From positions 59,708,001 through 59,772,000 of the forward strand of contig NC_045697.1 of assembly GCF_009834535.1 (NCBI RefSeq): a stretch of DNA of 64,000 bases, in the 5' to 3' direction. Shown here in pieces: positions 26,730 through 41,031 of the stretch. The first letter of the stretch is position 1. Each line of letters begins with the position of its first letter. The translations under genes and the position numbers were made by a program. The stretch is from Camelus ferus (taxonomy: Eukaryota). A model generated the notes under the pieces. The model saw nothing but the letters and a program-made list of their open reading frames with translations. It had not been told where the DNA came from and did not search any database.

Positions 26730-27245
26730 CATAATAAATCCTAAATCTGATCATGTCACTTTACTGCTTGGTCCATTTTTGCCCACAGATGGTCCACCTT
26801 TCTCAGCATGGGGCTCCTAATAACTGCTCTGTGTCCTCTGGCACACACACAGCCCCCAAGAAGTGTGCATGCTGTTATAAACTAAATGTTATCATTTCTT
26901 TAATCTACAAGACTTTATAGCATCCTGATTTTCCCTTGTAGTATTTTCTTTCAGGTAGATTTTGTTCCTACTCATTTTTATGACTGGACTCTTCAAGCCT
27001 CATTTATATATGATTTTTTTCTGGGAGTTCTTTCTTGACTACCAATTCTCCCCACTAACTTAAATCCAGCCTAAGTATTTCTTTGGTGGGCTCTAGTAAG
27101 ACCGTACTTCCTTATCATGGTACTTCTCTCATTGTTTTTAATTCCCTGCTCACATTATTTAATCTTTTCCTAGACCTTGTTCAATTGTGTCCTTAGTGTC
27201 TGGCAGTACCTAAAGTAGATGCTGAATTAATGTTCTTTGAATTAA
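26730..27245 (+). mobile_element. LINE-2 3' end
   Basis: aaatctgatcatgtcact...gtgtccttagtgtctggcagtacct...gaattaatgtt. Confidence 0.65.
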
Positions 27246-29353
27246 TTACAACTTTCCTATTCTGCTCTAGTTTTCTCATTCAAATTCATTTAAACATTGG
27301 TAAATGCTTATAATTTTTAGCTTATTTTCAAACTTATGATTTGACAGTTTTAAGGGTGGGTAATCTATAAGCCAGAAATCTGACATACAAGTTAGGTATT
27401 AGGAGCACATTTTGAACCAAATACAGTAGAGTCAGTATTCGTGCGTTTAACACTGGCAGCTTCTACAATGATGTGCTGATCTACCAGAAGGTTAGTATAT
27501 TAACACATAACAGTTAAGGAAGGAAATGAGAGCAAATTTAATTTTAGGCTAATGTGAAGAGAGGAGTCACTAAACTAGCTATTGAGCCTACCTGACCTTG
27601 TGACTTCTGCATTTCAGTGTGGCTTTATATTCCTACAACGTAACCATCATCTTTTTTCTTTTTAATTGTCTGAAGAAAAATCCAGCTCTCAGGGTTTAAG
27701 ATGATTGAAACAAAATTGAAGAGGTCTGGGTTTTAGCTTAAAGGAAAAGTTTTATGAAGAAAATTATAGGGCATAGATGGTATTAACTCATCTCCAGTCA
27801 TTTCTGGAAGAAACTGAATATAGGTAAATTAGAGGAAAATAGTAGTATTTTAGAAAATTGATATCCACAAAAGATATTCAGATATATCAACTATAGATAT
27901 CAAAAGTTATTTCACAATAGCACAGTTGTTCATTTTACCCCAGAACAGTAAATATTATAGTGAAAAAAACAAAGAGAAAACCAAAAGCAGTATAATGTAT
28001 TTTAATCACTTGTGTTGGGATTTTTGCTTGTTTTAAATTTTTTTTTGGATGGGTCTATAAGGCTGAGCCTTTCTGTATTTAAGATCACTTTCCTAATTCC
28101 CTCCTGTCTCTTTTCTCACTGTCTTCATTCTTGCTCAGTAAACTATTTTTCCACCAACACTTTAACTACAAGTCCATCTCCGGATCTAGACTCTCTCTGC
28201 TAGCTGATGTTCTGAATAAAAATCATCAATTTCCTTCTCTACCATTGAAACATGCTAGTCATTCCTTATTTCTTCTCTTGCCCAACAAAATCATCATTTA
28301 CTCAGTTATTCAGATTATAATTTTGATACTGTCCTCGGTTCTCAATCTTCTACTTAGAATTAATCAGCAAATAATCACATCAGTACAACCCTAAATTTTG
28401 TCTCATATACGTCTGCTTTCTAAGATCCTGGTTGCTAAAATCCATCAACCTTAGAATCTTTCTTTAGAACAGCTACCATAATTTTTTACTAAGTTGTTTT
28501 CCTGTTGCTTTTTTCTTTCAATTTCAGCCTCTACATTAATTACAGATTTACCAGACGGCTTCCATTTTAAAAACTTGTTAAAATTTCATTTGGCTAGTAG
28601 TCTCTTACTCTTTCTCAAATGACTAATAGACAACAAAAAGTGCCATCTGAAACAGCCTAGTAATGAAATCTTCAAGAAATTTATGTGAAATACATAAAAT
28701 AATGGAACTAGAAGGAAAGAAACAGTTGAGGACACATGAATGCTCTTCTTAATAAAACAGAGATTACAAAAAAAAAAAAAAAGATAAAAAGGAAATAAAC
28801 CAAAGACAAAACAAGGGAGACAGATAAAAGTCAAATATTTAGTTGGGTGCCCCTGAAACATCTTCTCATGTGGTATTGCTTTTTCTGGTGACCACTGAAT
28901 TTTTCATCTGCCAGTAATTCACACCTCTTTTAATTTATTCAGAGACTTCAAGTTTTGGCAAGTAAAAAGGCATTAAGAGGTGACTGGGTCAGGGATTATA
29001 GCTAGAAATATATTCCAACTTGGACAAGGTTTATTAACTAAAGATTAAATTCAACAGGTTAAGTGGTGAATGTGAAAGAAATAGAATGGATTCTCATAGA
29101 AATGCAGATTTTAGAACACCAAAAACTGTACTTTTAAATTAAGAGAATGTTACTATCACACACAGATTCAGCACTTCTACATTAAGTGAAAAAATGCTAG
29201 GCATTAGAAACTGGGTTAGGAAAGATGCACATGACAAGTTATTAATTTGACAAAAGCTTTCATCAATTGATCAAAAATACAATGAGGACAGAAAATAGTC
29301 AATACACCTCTGTTTTCAAAATTTGAGCCATATTTGAGAATGAGCTAATACAG

Positions 29354-29572
29354 CAGTTGACCCATGAACTTGGGGGTTATGGGGCTCTGACCCTCTACAC
29401 AGAGAAAAATCTGCATATGACTTTACAGTTGGCCCTCCATATCTGTCGTTCTGTATCTGCAGATTCAACCAACCATGGACTGTGTAGTACTGTAGTATGT
29501 ACTTGGTGAAAAAAAAATCTGAGTAAAAGTGGACCTGCACAGTTCAAACCTGTATTTTTCAAGGGTCAACTG
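29354..29572. mobile_element. MER8-like TcMar-Tigger MITE
   Basis: Terminal inverted repeats cagttgacccatgaa / ttcaagggtcaactg, TA at 29573-4, and internal cagattcaaccaacc.tgga.tgtgtagtactgtagta. Confidence 0.9.
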
Positions 29573-29609
29573 TAGGAAAAAGAAACAAAAGCAAACAAAA
29601 AATAAATGA

Positions 29610-30350
29610 AGGATGTCAGCAAAAATGGCAGAGTGAGGGAATGCAAATATCTGCCTCTCCATAGAGGCAATGAAAAAATTAGCAAAAACTGCAAAAGTCA
29701 ACTTTTTTGGAACTCTGGAAACTAATCAAAAGCTTGCAGCAATTTGCCAAGTGCTTGTTCAAGAAAAATGGCTGAATCTCTGCAAGAACAGTAAGACTTG
29801 TTAGCATGTTAACTTATACTAGTCCCTTTCCTGACTTCCCATCTTAGAAATACAGTTGAAAGTAATTATATTCCCTGATTTAGAACTCATCTTGCACCAA
29901 ATCATTATCTGTGAGACATTTGTCAAAACATTTGCAGGTAGACAGTTTAATCACTAAGGCAGTGGATAGAAATTTTGGCAAAGACTAAGAATCTTGGAAG
30001 AAAAGACTAGGAATGAAATGCTTTGGCGGAATATGGACTTTGAAAAACTGACATATTCCTGGGAATCTAGAGAGCCACATGCATACCCTGTGTATGCTCA
30101 GGAAAGACATAAGATCCTAAGCATTCACCTCTATCCAACCTTGAGGCTCTCTGCAAGCAACACTTGAAGACTAAAGTAGAGTTGTAAACTGCCTGCCTGT
30201 GCGTTGAAGGTGTACACACATTTGCAGACTACAAAGACTGGGAAATGTTTTCATTCCAGGCGTATAATAATATCTGTCCGATTATTAGCTGACCACTAAG
30301 TTAATGGAGCAGAGACATCAGTGACTACACATGACAAGGAACACAGATAT
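29610..30350 (+). mobile_element. Old L1M 5'UTR fragment
   Basis: cagcaaaaatggcagagt...aactctggaaactaatcaaaagcttgcagcaat...gggaatctagagagccacatgcat. Confidence 0.75.
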
Positions 30351-32079
30351 CTTTGGGAGGTCATAATTCAGTCTAAATGAATAGCTTTCCTGTTTACCCT
30401 CTACCTCAGGTAAATGAAATTGTAACACAATACAGTTAAGAAGTTAGTGGCCTAAACGTTAACAGTCTTCTGCAAATTTATTTCTCTGTCGTTTAGTTAA
30501 ATGAGTAAGAGAGAACCACAGCCAAATAAATACAATAATCAAATATTCCAGGATACTCTCCAATAAAGAAAGGTAACAAAATAAATTTAAAATCCCAAAA
30601 GATAAGGCAAACTTGGCTTTTCCACTTGCAGGAATTCTACCGTAGTCAAGTGATTTATTTACCCCAAGCCTCAGTATTCTCATCTTTTGACAACATGGAG
30701 AGGGATCATTTATACATTCCTTAAAGGTTTGCTGCAGTAACTAAATAAGTCAATGGCACAAAGACTGACACAGAGAAAATGTATTATTAGTCAGTATTTT
30801 GATAATCATTATATTTTCTAAAGATACTTAATTATTAGAGATTTGTGTAAATACTTACTAAAAAGAAACATTTGGAAAAAAAGAAGGGATTTCATGTATT
30901 TCTATTTTTTTTTAGTGCTGTTTTATTCTATAAAGGAATTCCTATCTATACTTCCCTCACAGTATGTGGTCCAGCATCTACCGCTGAGTAGAGAGGAAAT
31001 CTTCTACAGCTATATTAACATCATATGGCCAGTAAGGGTTATTTTTTTCACTCTGTAGTCATAATTTATTACATTGGCTTTTTATTAGTTTGAAGAAGTC
31101 AATACTAACATTCCCAATGCACTAATATAGTCAAGCTCATTGTTGGGAAATAGATATGAAGTTCTCAGTGAATAATGTTCTATAAACATAATTTGATGAT
31201 GTTTTAATAGCAAAGGCTTGGTGATAATTATGCTTTCCAATGTGCTGAGTAGAGAACTCTTTAATGTCTTGTGCTCTTGAGGTCTTAACTCCACAATATG
31301 ACTCTAGCTAAATATCTGGCAGCAAGTCACCACAAGGAAGTTAACCGTATGCTTTCTATGTGAGTATGCATGTATTTTCCAAGTGTTGAACCATCTTGTC
31401 TTATTTCTAATTGATACAGTGGTGACACCACTTAATTATATGCTTATCAAGAATTAATATGACAGCAGCTGCCATAGACACTGCAATGGTAGTTGATAAT
31501 TTCCTGCAACATTATTTACACTTGTTGCATTTAAGCTTCTCAAATAAACTTTCTAATGAAGTTTTAATGTAAAATCTTAAAACTTAGTCACTGAAGTAAG
31601 AAAACCAATTATTTATGAAAGTTGACACTTGATGTTATATTGGGAATCTAAAGAAAAGTTCTAATCTTTAAAACAATTTTATCTATATGTCTATATCTAC
31701 ATACATACATATTAAAGATGTTACATTAATATATGTATATACAAATTAATGTAACATTTTAAATTTAAATTCCTTTTATCATTTTACCATACATTACCCA
31801 GTTAACTTCTCATAAAAGCACTTTTGCCAACTATTAAAACAGTATCTATCCAAAAATAAAATTGAAACTAATTTACTGTCCTTTGATAAACACAACTTCT
31901 AATTACTTCAAGTAATAAAGGAAGCTCTCTTATCTAATAATTTTAAAAGATATCAAACTCTATCTTTAAATTCTAAAAATGTTTTATCTGCTTCCTTTAG
32001 GTCCTTAACTTTATACTACAATTCTTTCCTTACATTCAAGCACAATAGCCTAAAAACATTTTTCTTTTAATTGACCAAA

Positions 32080-33925
32080 GACATAACTTTTAAAAGTAAT
32101 AATAGTAACAATGTATTGGGTGGTCTAGCATATGGATAAGTGAAATGAGTGACAGCAATGTCACAAAAATGGGGAAGGAGGAATTGGGAATACTCCACTA
32201 TCAAGTACCTTCTATACACATGAAGTGGTATAGTGTTATATGAGGGTACACTTAGATTAGATAAAAATTTATACTGGAAACTTTATGACAAACACTAGAA
32301 AATAATATTACAGTGGATATATAAAGAGAGAATGCAAAATTGAATTCATATAAAATGCTTGATTAAACCAGGGAAGGCTGAAAAAGAAGACATGAACAAA
32401 TGCAACAAATAAGCAGACACAAACCTAGTGGATATTAATCCTACCATATCAATTATCATTTTGAGTAAATGGTCTAAATGCAGCAATCAACAGATAGAAT
32501 GACAGAACTAATTAAAAATAAGGTACCTAACTATATACCACATACAAGCAAATATAAATATTAACACTCAAATTCACTAGGTTTTAAGCAAAGGGTTGGA
32601 AAATATAATTATAAACAAATCAAAAGAAAGTGGAATTAGCTGTTCTAATTTCAAACAAAGCGTTATTTCCAGAGTATTTCCAAGAAGTAAAATTATCAGA
32701 GATAAAGAAGTGTATTACATAATAATAAAGAGGTCAATTATCCAATAAGACAATTTAAGTCTGTATGGACCTAAGAACAGAGCATCAAAAAGATGAAACA
32801 AAAACTATAGAACGAAAAAGAGATAGATAAATCTACTATATTTGGGACTTCAACAAACCTCTTTCAGCCATTGCTATGTCAAGCAGGCATAAAGTCAGTA
32901 AGGATATAGTTGACTGAATAAGACAATAAATCAACTCAATCTAATTAACATTTACAGAATACTTCCAACAACAGAAGAATATATTCTTTTTAAACTTACA
33001 TGTAATAATCACCAGGATGAACCACATTCCGTGCCATAAATCACATTTTAAGAAATTTAAAGGACACATAAATTAAGAGTTTGGGATTAGCAGATACAAG
33101 CTACCATGTATAGAACAGATAGACAGCAAGGTCCTACTGTGTTTCACAGGGAAATATATTCAATATCCTTTTATAAACCATAATGGAAATGCATATGAAA
33201 AAGAGTATATATATTTATATATAACTGAATCAGTTTGCTGAACACCAGAAACCAACACAACATTAATTCAATCAAGAAAACTTTAAAAATAAATTTAAAG
33301 GCTACAAACCATACAAAATTATGTTCTCAAACTACAAGAGAATTAAACTAAAAATTATTAAGACATACCAGCAGAAAACCTCCAACTATTTGGAGATCAA
33401 ACACATGTCTATGTAACATGAAGAACAAAAAAGTCAAGAAAAATTTCAAAATATTTGAGTAAATTATATAATAATAAAAATAAAGAATTATTGGATAGAG
33501 CAAAAATACTATGTAGAAAAAAATTACAAGATTATATTCATAGAAACATTAGAAAAATAAAAATCTATAACCTATGCTTCCATCTTAGGTTACTAGGAAA
33601 AGGAGAGTTATTTAAGACTAAGACAAGCATTTGAAATACAGTTAAAGAAGAAATTAATGATATTGAAAATAGGAAAATAGAGGAAAAAAATCAATAAATC
33701 CTAAAGCTTGGTGTTTGAAACAGCAATGAAATTGATAAACTTTAGTTAGGCCAAACAAGAAACAAAAGAGAAAGCACAAATTAACAATATTAGAAATGAG
33801 ATAGGGGTAACACGACTGAACCCATGGACATTATAAAGAAAATAAGAGAATATGATAAGCCAACTCTATGGCTACAAATTTGTAACTTAGATGAAATGGA
33901 CTCATTTCTTCAAAGATATACAAAA
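32080..33925 (+). mobile_element. Old L1 (inter-ORF and ORF2 5' part), host to a nested insertion
   Basis: Endonuclease-coding relic (gggacttcaacaaacctctttca; agtaaggatatagttga), with ORF2 continuing after 33301. Confidence 0.85.
33064..33290 (+). mobile_element. Short 5'-truncated younger L1 3' end nested in older L1
   Basis: gagtttgggattagcagatacaa...caaggtcctactgt...ataactgaatca, flanked by the direct repeat aaatttaaagg at 33053-33063 and 33291-33301. Confidence 0.9.
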
Positions 33926-33934
33926 ATAACTTAT

Positions 33935-36497
33935 AGTGAGGATAGCCACACCAAACAGACTGCCCATAGTAAATAACTCACTACAACAGAAGGACCCATA
34001 GGGGGCACCTCTAGATCATGTGTCTGGTGACCAGGGGCAAGTGTGATGTTGGGATGCATAAGTCATCTCCTACAAAAGGCCACTTCTCAAATGTTATGAA
34101 ACAAAACCAAATTCCCAATTCATAGAAATAAAAACAGCAAATTATACAAAATGAGGTAACAGAGAAATATGTTCCAAATGAAGAAGCAAGGTAAAACACC
34201 AGAAAAACTAAGTGAGGTGGAAATAAGCAATCTACCTGATAAAGAATTCTAACAATTATAAAGATGTTCAGAAGAACTCAAAAGAAGATTGTTAAAAACT
34301 TCTAATGTCTCATTCCTTCAAAGGATTAGAAAATATGAAGAACAAAACAAATGAAGAATACAATAACTGAAACAAAAAATACACTAGAAGAAATCAATAG
34401 TAGATTAGATACAGAGCAACAGATTAGTAAGCTGGAAGACAGAACTGTAGAAATCACTGAAGCTGAAAAGAGAACCAACAACTAAAAAGTAAATAACAGT
34501 TTAAGAGACTTTTATGACAATATGAAGTATACTTACATTTGTATTGTGGGGGTCCCAGAAGGAAGAGAGAGATAAAGGAGGAGCAAAAAACATATTTGAA
34601 GATGTAATGGCTGAAAACATTCCTAACTGGGAAAAGGAGACATCCAAGTCTAGGAAGTACAGAGAGTCCCCAATAGGATAAACTCTAAGAGGACCACACC
34701 CAAGACACATTGTTAATATATAGATGGCTATATATAAACCTCATGGTGACCACAAACTAAAAATCTGTGATAAATACAAACAAAAAAATAAGATAATTAT
34801 AAATTAAGATTAAAGATAGTCATCAAATCACAAGGCAAGAGAGCAAGAAGAACAGAACAGAAATAAAAAACTCAAAATCAATTTTAAAATGTCAATAAGT
34901 AGATATCCATCAACTACCACTTGAAATATCAATAGACTAACCAAGGCTCCAATCAAAAGAGGATGGCTGAATGGATCCAAAAACAAGACCCATATATATG
35001 CTGTCTATAAAAGACTCACTTCAGATCTAAAGATACACACAGGCTGAAATTGAAGGGAGGGAATAAAGTATTCCATGGAAATGAAAAGAAAGATTAGCAA
35101 CACTTATACCAGACACAATACGCTTTAAAGCAAAGACTGAAGAAACAAAGACGGATATTACATAATGATCAAGGGATAAATCTAATATGATAAAACAATA
35201 AATATATATACACCCAACATAGAAGTACCCAAATATATAACGCACATATTAGTAGATAAAGGGAGAAAACTGAAAGTAACACAGTAACAGTCGGGGATGT
35301 TAACATCTTATTTACATCAACTGGCAGGTCATCTAGACAGAAAATCAGTAAGAAAACACACCTTAAACAACGTAAGACCAATAAAACTTCATAGATATAT
35401 AGAACATTCCATTCAAAAGCTGCAGTATACATTCTTTTCAAGCGCACGTGAAACATTTCTTCAGGATAGATTACATGCTAGGTTACACACACACACACAA
35501 ACTCAGTAAATTTATCAAAATTGAAATCATATCAAGCATCTTTTCTGACCATAAAGCTACAGAAGTAAACATCAACTACAAAAGAACTGTCAAAAAACAC
35601 AAACATGTGGAGGCTAAACAATATAATTCTACACAACCAATAGATCCCTGAAGCAATCAAAGAAGAAATAAAAATATATACCTTGAGACAAATGAAAAGG
35701 AAAATAACAACCCAAAATCTATGGAAAACAGCAAAAACCGTTATAAAAGGGAAGTTTATAGTGATACAAGCCTACCTGAGGAAAAAAAAAATCTCAAATA
35801 AACTGCCTAACTTCACAGCTAAAGTAACTTGAAAAAGAAAAAAAAACCCCAAAGTTAGTGGAAAGCGGTCATAAAGATCAGAACTGAAGTAAGTTGAGAC
35901 TAAAAAAATAGAAAAGATCAATGAAACCAAAGACTGTTTTTTTTGAAAAGGTAAACAAAATTGATAAATTTTTAGCCAGATTCACCAAGAAGAAAAAGAG
36001 GGTTCAAATCAATAAATGAGAAATGAAAAAGGAGAAGTTATAACTGACACCACAGAAACAACAAGGGATCAAAAGAGATTAATACAAACAACTATATGAA
36101 AAAAATGGACAACCTAGAAGAAATGGACAAATTATTCGAAATATGCAATCTACCAAGATTGAACCAGTAACAGAAAACCTGAGCAGACTAATTATGAGAA
36201 ATGAAATTGAATCAGTAATAAAACAACTCCCAATAAACCAACGTCCAGGACCAGACAGCTCACAGGTAAATTCTTTTGAACATTTAGAGAACAGTTAATA
36301 CCTATTCTTCTCAAACTATTCTACAAAATTGCAGAGAAATAAGTGTTTCCAAAATCATTTTATGGGGCCAGCATCACTGTCATATCAAAACCAAACAAAG
36401 ACATCAAACACACATACACAAAATTTACAGGCCAATAGCACGGGTGAACATAGATGCAAACATACTCAACAAAATATTAACAAATTGAATTCAAATA
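33935..36497 (+). mobile_element. L1 internal segment (end of 5'UTR, partial ORF1, ORF2 into RT), related to the 12.9-18.8 kb copy
   Basis: Collinear with about 14250-16400, e.g. aaagatagtcatcaaatcacaa, gactcacttcagat and aaaatggacaacctagaagaaatggacaaatt. Confidence 0.9.
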
Positions 36498-36958
36498 CCT
36501 AATTTAGAGTTTACTCAAACTATGAAATTAAAAAAAACTGATTTTTAAACACTATAAATTCAGTGTTATCTTAATACTAACATATTTAAGAGAGGTAATT
36601 CAGAAGAAATGTTTTTCTATATCAGATAAAAAATTGCTTAAAATCTCATTTTTGTATATATTTTAATCTTTAACTTCCATAATTAGAAGAATATTTGGAA
36701 TTAAGTATTACTCTGAAGTAAAATTCTAGAAAATAGAGATCAACATTCCTACATCTTGGCTTCAAATACATTGGAATAAGGAAAGTAGATTTAAGTTCAC
36801 TGTCTACCAAAAGTTTAAAGCCTCATTTAACTTAGAGACAGTTTTACGTGAACTTGACTCCCATTGAGGGGAAAGAAGGTTGAATTTCGTCAGTTTTTTC
36901 CCCACTGTTTCACCTGCATATGTTGTTTCATATGACTGATTTTAAAACCTCCTTTAAA

Positions 36959-37132
36959 CAGTATTTCCCAAAATTCCTTAATAATAGGAGTCACTTGGGT
37001 AATTAAAAAATGTAAACATCTGGGAGAAGCCCCAGGCCTCATAAATCACATGTAAGAGGGAATCTGCAAAGCTATATATTTAACCAATGCCCCAAATGAT
37101 TCTCATTATCAAGGCAAGTTTGGTAAATACTT
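36959..37132. mobile_element. MER5A1-like hAT-Charlie MITE
   Basis: Terminal inverted repeats cagtatttcccaaa / tttggtaaatact, with internal gccccaaatgattctcattatcaaggcaag. Confidence 0.75.
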
Positions 37133-37809
37133 CTATGAAAGTGTTAAAATGAAATCAAACATTTAGAAATATTTTATCTCTAAAAAAATTCCTATTTCTG
37201 AAACTGTAAGGCACTGGTTTATTTTTCTTATGGATGGTGATCTGACACAGCCAATTTAGCGGAATTTTAAGAGATTTTTATGCTTTTTAGTGAGAGATAA
37301 AATAATCTTTGGTATTTGTATATTTTTTCCTCCACTACTTTATTTTACTGTTGTGTCAAGTTTAGTTTTTCCAAAACTCATATTTATAAAAGTACTGAGA
37401 ATTATATATTTCATTTTTTCTTTCCATCCCTTATACAGTTTTCACCCTGTAATTTAATTCAATAAGATTAATATTCCATTCTACTTAAATTTTAAATGTT
37501 TCATATTTTATATTATATATAATTTACATTTAATAACATTTTTATTATTTATACATACACAAATACGTGTGCTTTTCCTTCCATTAGCTAGATGAAAATG
37601 CACAAAGATTTTCTATTGGCTATTGAACTTACTCTAATAGTTCCTCCTAGAATATAGAACCCAGAAACAGTTAACGTGAGTTAGTGTAAAATGATTGATT
37701 TTCTGTTTAAATAAGACAACATGATGAAAAAGTAGATTTAAAATTCCCGAAAGTCTATGTTAAAATAATAGAAAGCAACACTATTGTTTAGGCTTGTATA
37801 TGCTTCTTA

Positions 37810-39200
37810 ACACATGCATTTTTAAAAGAGCATTTTTCTTTGGTTAGTTAAATAATATCTTTTTAAGTTATAGAAGTATGTGTGGTTGTTAAAGATTAAA
37901 CTAATTTAGAATAAAAGAAACCACCCCACACCTGCCTTCCTCACATCTGTGGAAGTCACTGGAGTTAATAATTTGGTCAGCTTTTTTCAGACATTTGTTG
38001 TAAATTTACAGACAAATATGTACACATTCAATCGTTTATTTTTCTTGAGTGTAGTGTAGGTTAGAATTCTGCTGCTATTTTTCCAAAACCACTTATCAAA
38101 TGAAAAGAATTGAAAGGTTGCACTGATGGCTTATATCTTTGTGTTGTCTTGAAATTTAATTAGAATATTTCTATCATTTTACCAATGAAGTTTAATATTT
38201 ATATTGGATACTGAGGCTATATCTGACATTCTTATAATGACTTCTGTTCTTTTCTTAGCTTGCCAAGCTTTACAATGAATGATTGTGTTTATCAAAACTA
38301 TATATATTTTTTCTGCTGGTCTAATATAGTGAATAGATTTCCCAGAGTAGACCTAATTTTACAATCCCAAATTTCTCATTAAGATATAATATTCTTTTAA
38401 AATAGCAATGAATTTAATTTGAAAATATTTCACACAGACTATTTACATGTATATTCAAAATAAATTTCACCTATTGTTTTATTCTTCTAGTTTTCTGCTA
38501 TTTTCAAATCCAAGTTTGAAAATGTTATTTTTCTGTAGCAGTTATGTTTTAAATTCTATTCAGTTTATCACTATAAATATTAAACAAAAACTCTATTTTA
38601 CTTTCATAATTAAATGATTCTTTAATCACTTACAAAAGTGTAAGGTCAAAAAGTGCTTTCATTATAAAGTATAATGCCAGTAAAATTCTCCTTCTATGTA
38701 AGAAATCTGCTTATTTATGCTAGAAGGTTTAGTATTTTCTCCATACCCCTAGACTAAAAAAATATTTCAAAGGAAATGTCTGAATAGAAATAATTTTTAT
38801 TAATTGTACTTATTGTTGGGCTCTTTAAATCCAAATGCTAAGGTTTTTTTCAGCTGTGGGAAATTATCTTTACCATTTCATTGATTCTATATCTTTGTTA
38901 GTGTTTTCACTTCTCTCTATTTAGAGATCCAAAGAGATGGATTATTAAAATTGCTGGCTTTACCAATGACATCTTTAAACTTCTCATTTTGTTTGTAAAC
39001 TTACAAACTTTCCATTCATTTATAATTTTGTAATGTATTCTCAGAAACTATCAACTAATCTTCCAACTCAAAAATTTGATCTTCTATTCTGTTTATTTCA
39101 TTGCTAAGTCGAGAGTTTTAAAGTTTTTGCATAGTATGCAGTATTGTTTTATACACACCTTCTTATCCCTTATAAGGCACTGATTAGATAACAACAAAAA
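37810..39200 (-). mobile_element. Highly diverged L1ME fragments
   Basis: T-rich antisense L1-like phrases, e.g. ttcagctgtgggaaattatctt and tattctgtttatttcattgct. Confidence 0.5.
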
Positions 39201-39499
39201 ATACTTCCATTTCTCCATTAACTTTTTGGATTGTGTTTTTAAGAAAAGCTTAAAATTGACTTTTTTTTTTTTTTTAACCTAGTGTATACTTGACCACACA
39301 ACCAAAGAAACTGAAGGGGTTGTCAAAGATTTGTTCATAAAAATACCATGGTAATACAGTTTTACAGTTATAGGCTATATTTAAAATTAAAAATTGAATC
39401 ACATAATTCTGTAGTATTCAAACTAATGTAGAGAAAAAGAAAGCTTACTAAATTATGAAGCAAGCAATACTCATTATTAACAACTTATAAGCATGAAAA

Positions 39500-40700
39500 T
39501 ACAGACTCTTATCCATGTATAAAGATGCCAAAGTTTTAGTAAACCAGGAGGAGATCAAATACAGGTATGAATTTGAAAAATAATACACCACGGCCAAGTC
39601 TCTCTTCATCCCAGAAATGTAGGAATTTTCAAAATTAGGATATAAATTACCATGCATTTTTACATGAATAGCTCAATGGAGAAAACTAATATATCAACAC
39701 ATTTACAAAAATAACTTACATTTCAATAATACGTAAGAATTTCTGAATAAAAAAATTATGAAAGGAACTTGTCCTATAATAAGGAAAACCCACCATGATC
39801 AGTAGCAAACATTAAACTAAGGAGCAAACTTAACTGGGCTCAAATGTGGCTCCCCCATTTCCTAGCTTTCGTGTTTTGGGTAAATTATTTAACATTCTGT
39901 GCTTCAGTTCCCTCATAGTATTCTTGAGAGAATTAAAAGAAAGAATACAGGTGAAGTGAGTACAGGTGAATACAGCTTGCAATACCTTGGCATACAGTAG
40001 CATTATTAAGTTTCAGGTGTTGCTATTGTAACTAAAGAGAACATGTCAGTTGATATCTGCTATCAACACTCTCAAAATCACTCTGAAGATTTCTAATGTA
40101 ATGGGATGAAGAAAAGAAAAGTGCATACTGAAAAAAAAACAATTATTACAAGTATTAAAAGATATCTGTGTAGTGGTTAGTTTTATGGTAAGTATGTGGG
40201 GAAAAGCGACTTCCTATGTCTGAATTAATCAGTTTAAAAATGTGATAAGCAAATCTCTTTCATTGGAGATAGAATTACTTTTTGTTTCTAAAGACAAACA
40301 GAAGAAATGTACAAGATCAATGCAACAAAACCCAGAAAAAACACTGATATTATATATAAGTACAAAAATCAGAAATAGACTGTACATGAGATGATTTAAT
40401 AAGTTGAAGAGGTAACTTCTGCCAAAATTAGTAAGTACATTTAGTGCAACTAATCAGATTCTCAGTTTTGGGGGCTAAAACACATTGCTTATATATTTCA
40501 CCTGATAGAATAACTCCAAAACATTTTAAATAAGAACAAAGGGGAGAAATCTGTTTTAACCAGAACAGAAGGAACTTACGTAAGATCAACAGTAGTAGAC
40601 AAGACAATCCTGCTTTGAATCAGAGATTACAAAGATTTTTGAATCCTAAAAAAGAGCTCTAACATTCGACTGTATTGAATAAATGTCAATGTTCGAACAT
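39500..40700 (+). mobile_element. Highly diverged L1 ORF2 interrupted by a MIR (about 39830-40030)
   Basis: aatacaccacggccaagt...atcccagaaatg (L1 RT region) and the MIR core ctgtgcttcagttccctcat. Confidence 0.55.
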
Positions 40701-40769
40701 AGAACTGACATGCTTGAGATTAAGCAGATTGAAAAATTAAACATTTACCTTCAAAATATGGAGTCAATC

Positions 40770-41031
40770 CCGCAGGCAAAGGATCCCAGAAGTTAGGCTT
40801 GCAACACACTACGCCGCAATAACCTGGGTTATGTATTCACAGAGTTATCGCGAGACTTCCTGAGTAAGACTTTCTCACAGTGGGACGTGGCAATCTGCCT
40901 TTCTAACTAGCCCTCCTGGTGATTTCAATGAGCAGAGTTTCGAACACTAATCTTAGCCTTCAAAGGTCATCATTCATGAGAATCACCTGAAGAACGCGAC
41001 TGTAGAACGTGTAGCTTTCCAAGTTCCTCCG
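40770..41031. promoter_or_regulatory. Candidate weak CpG promoter/enhancer overlapping MER5-like relics
   Basis: I count 11 CpG in about 260 bp. TATCGCGAGA at 40846-40855 fits TMTCGCGAKA, and an ETS-like ACTTCCTG lies at 40855-40862. Confidence 0.4.

Noticed and set aside
27429..27496. Plus-strand mini-exon ending AAG|gttagt (VSIRAFNTGSFYNDVLIYQK)
   Set aside because: No polypyrimidine tract at the acceptor, no recognised peptide and no partner exons nearby.
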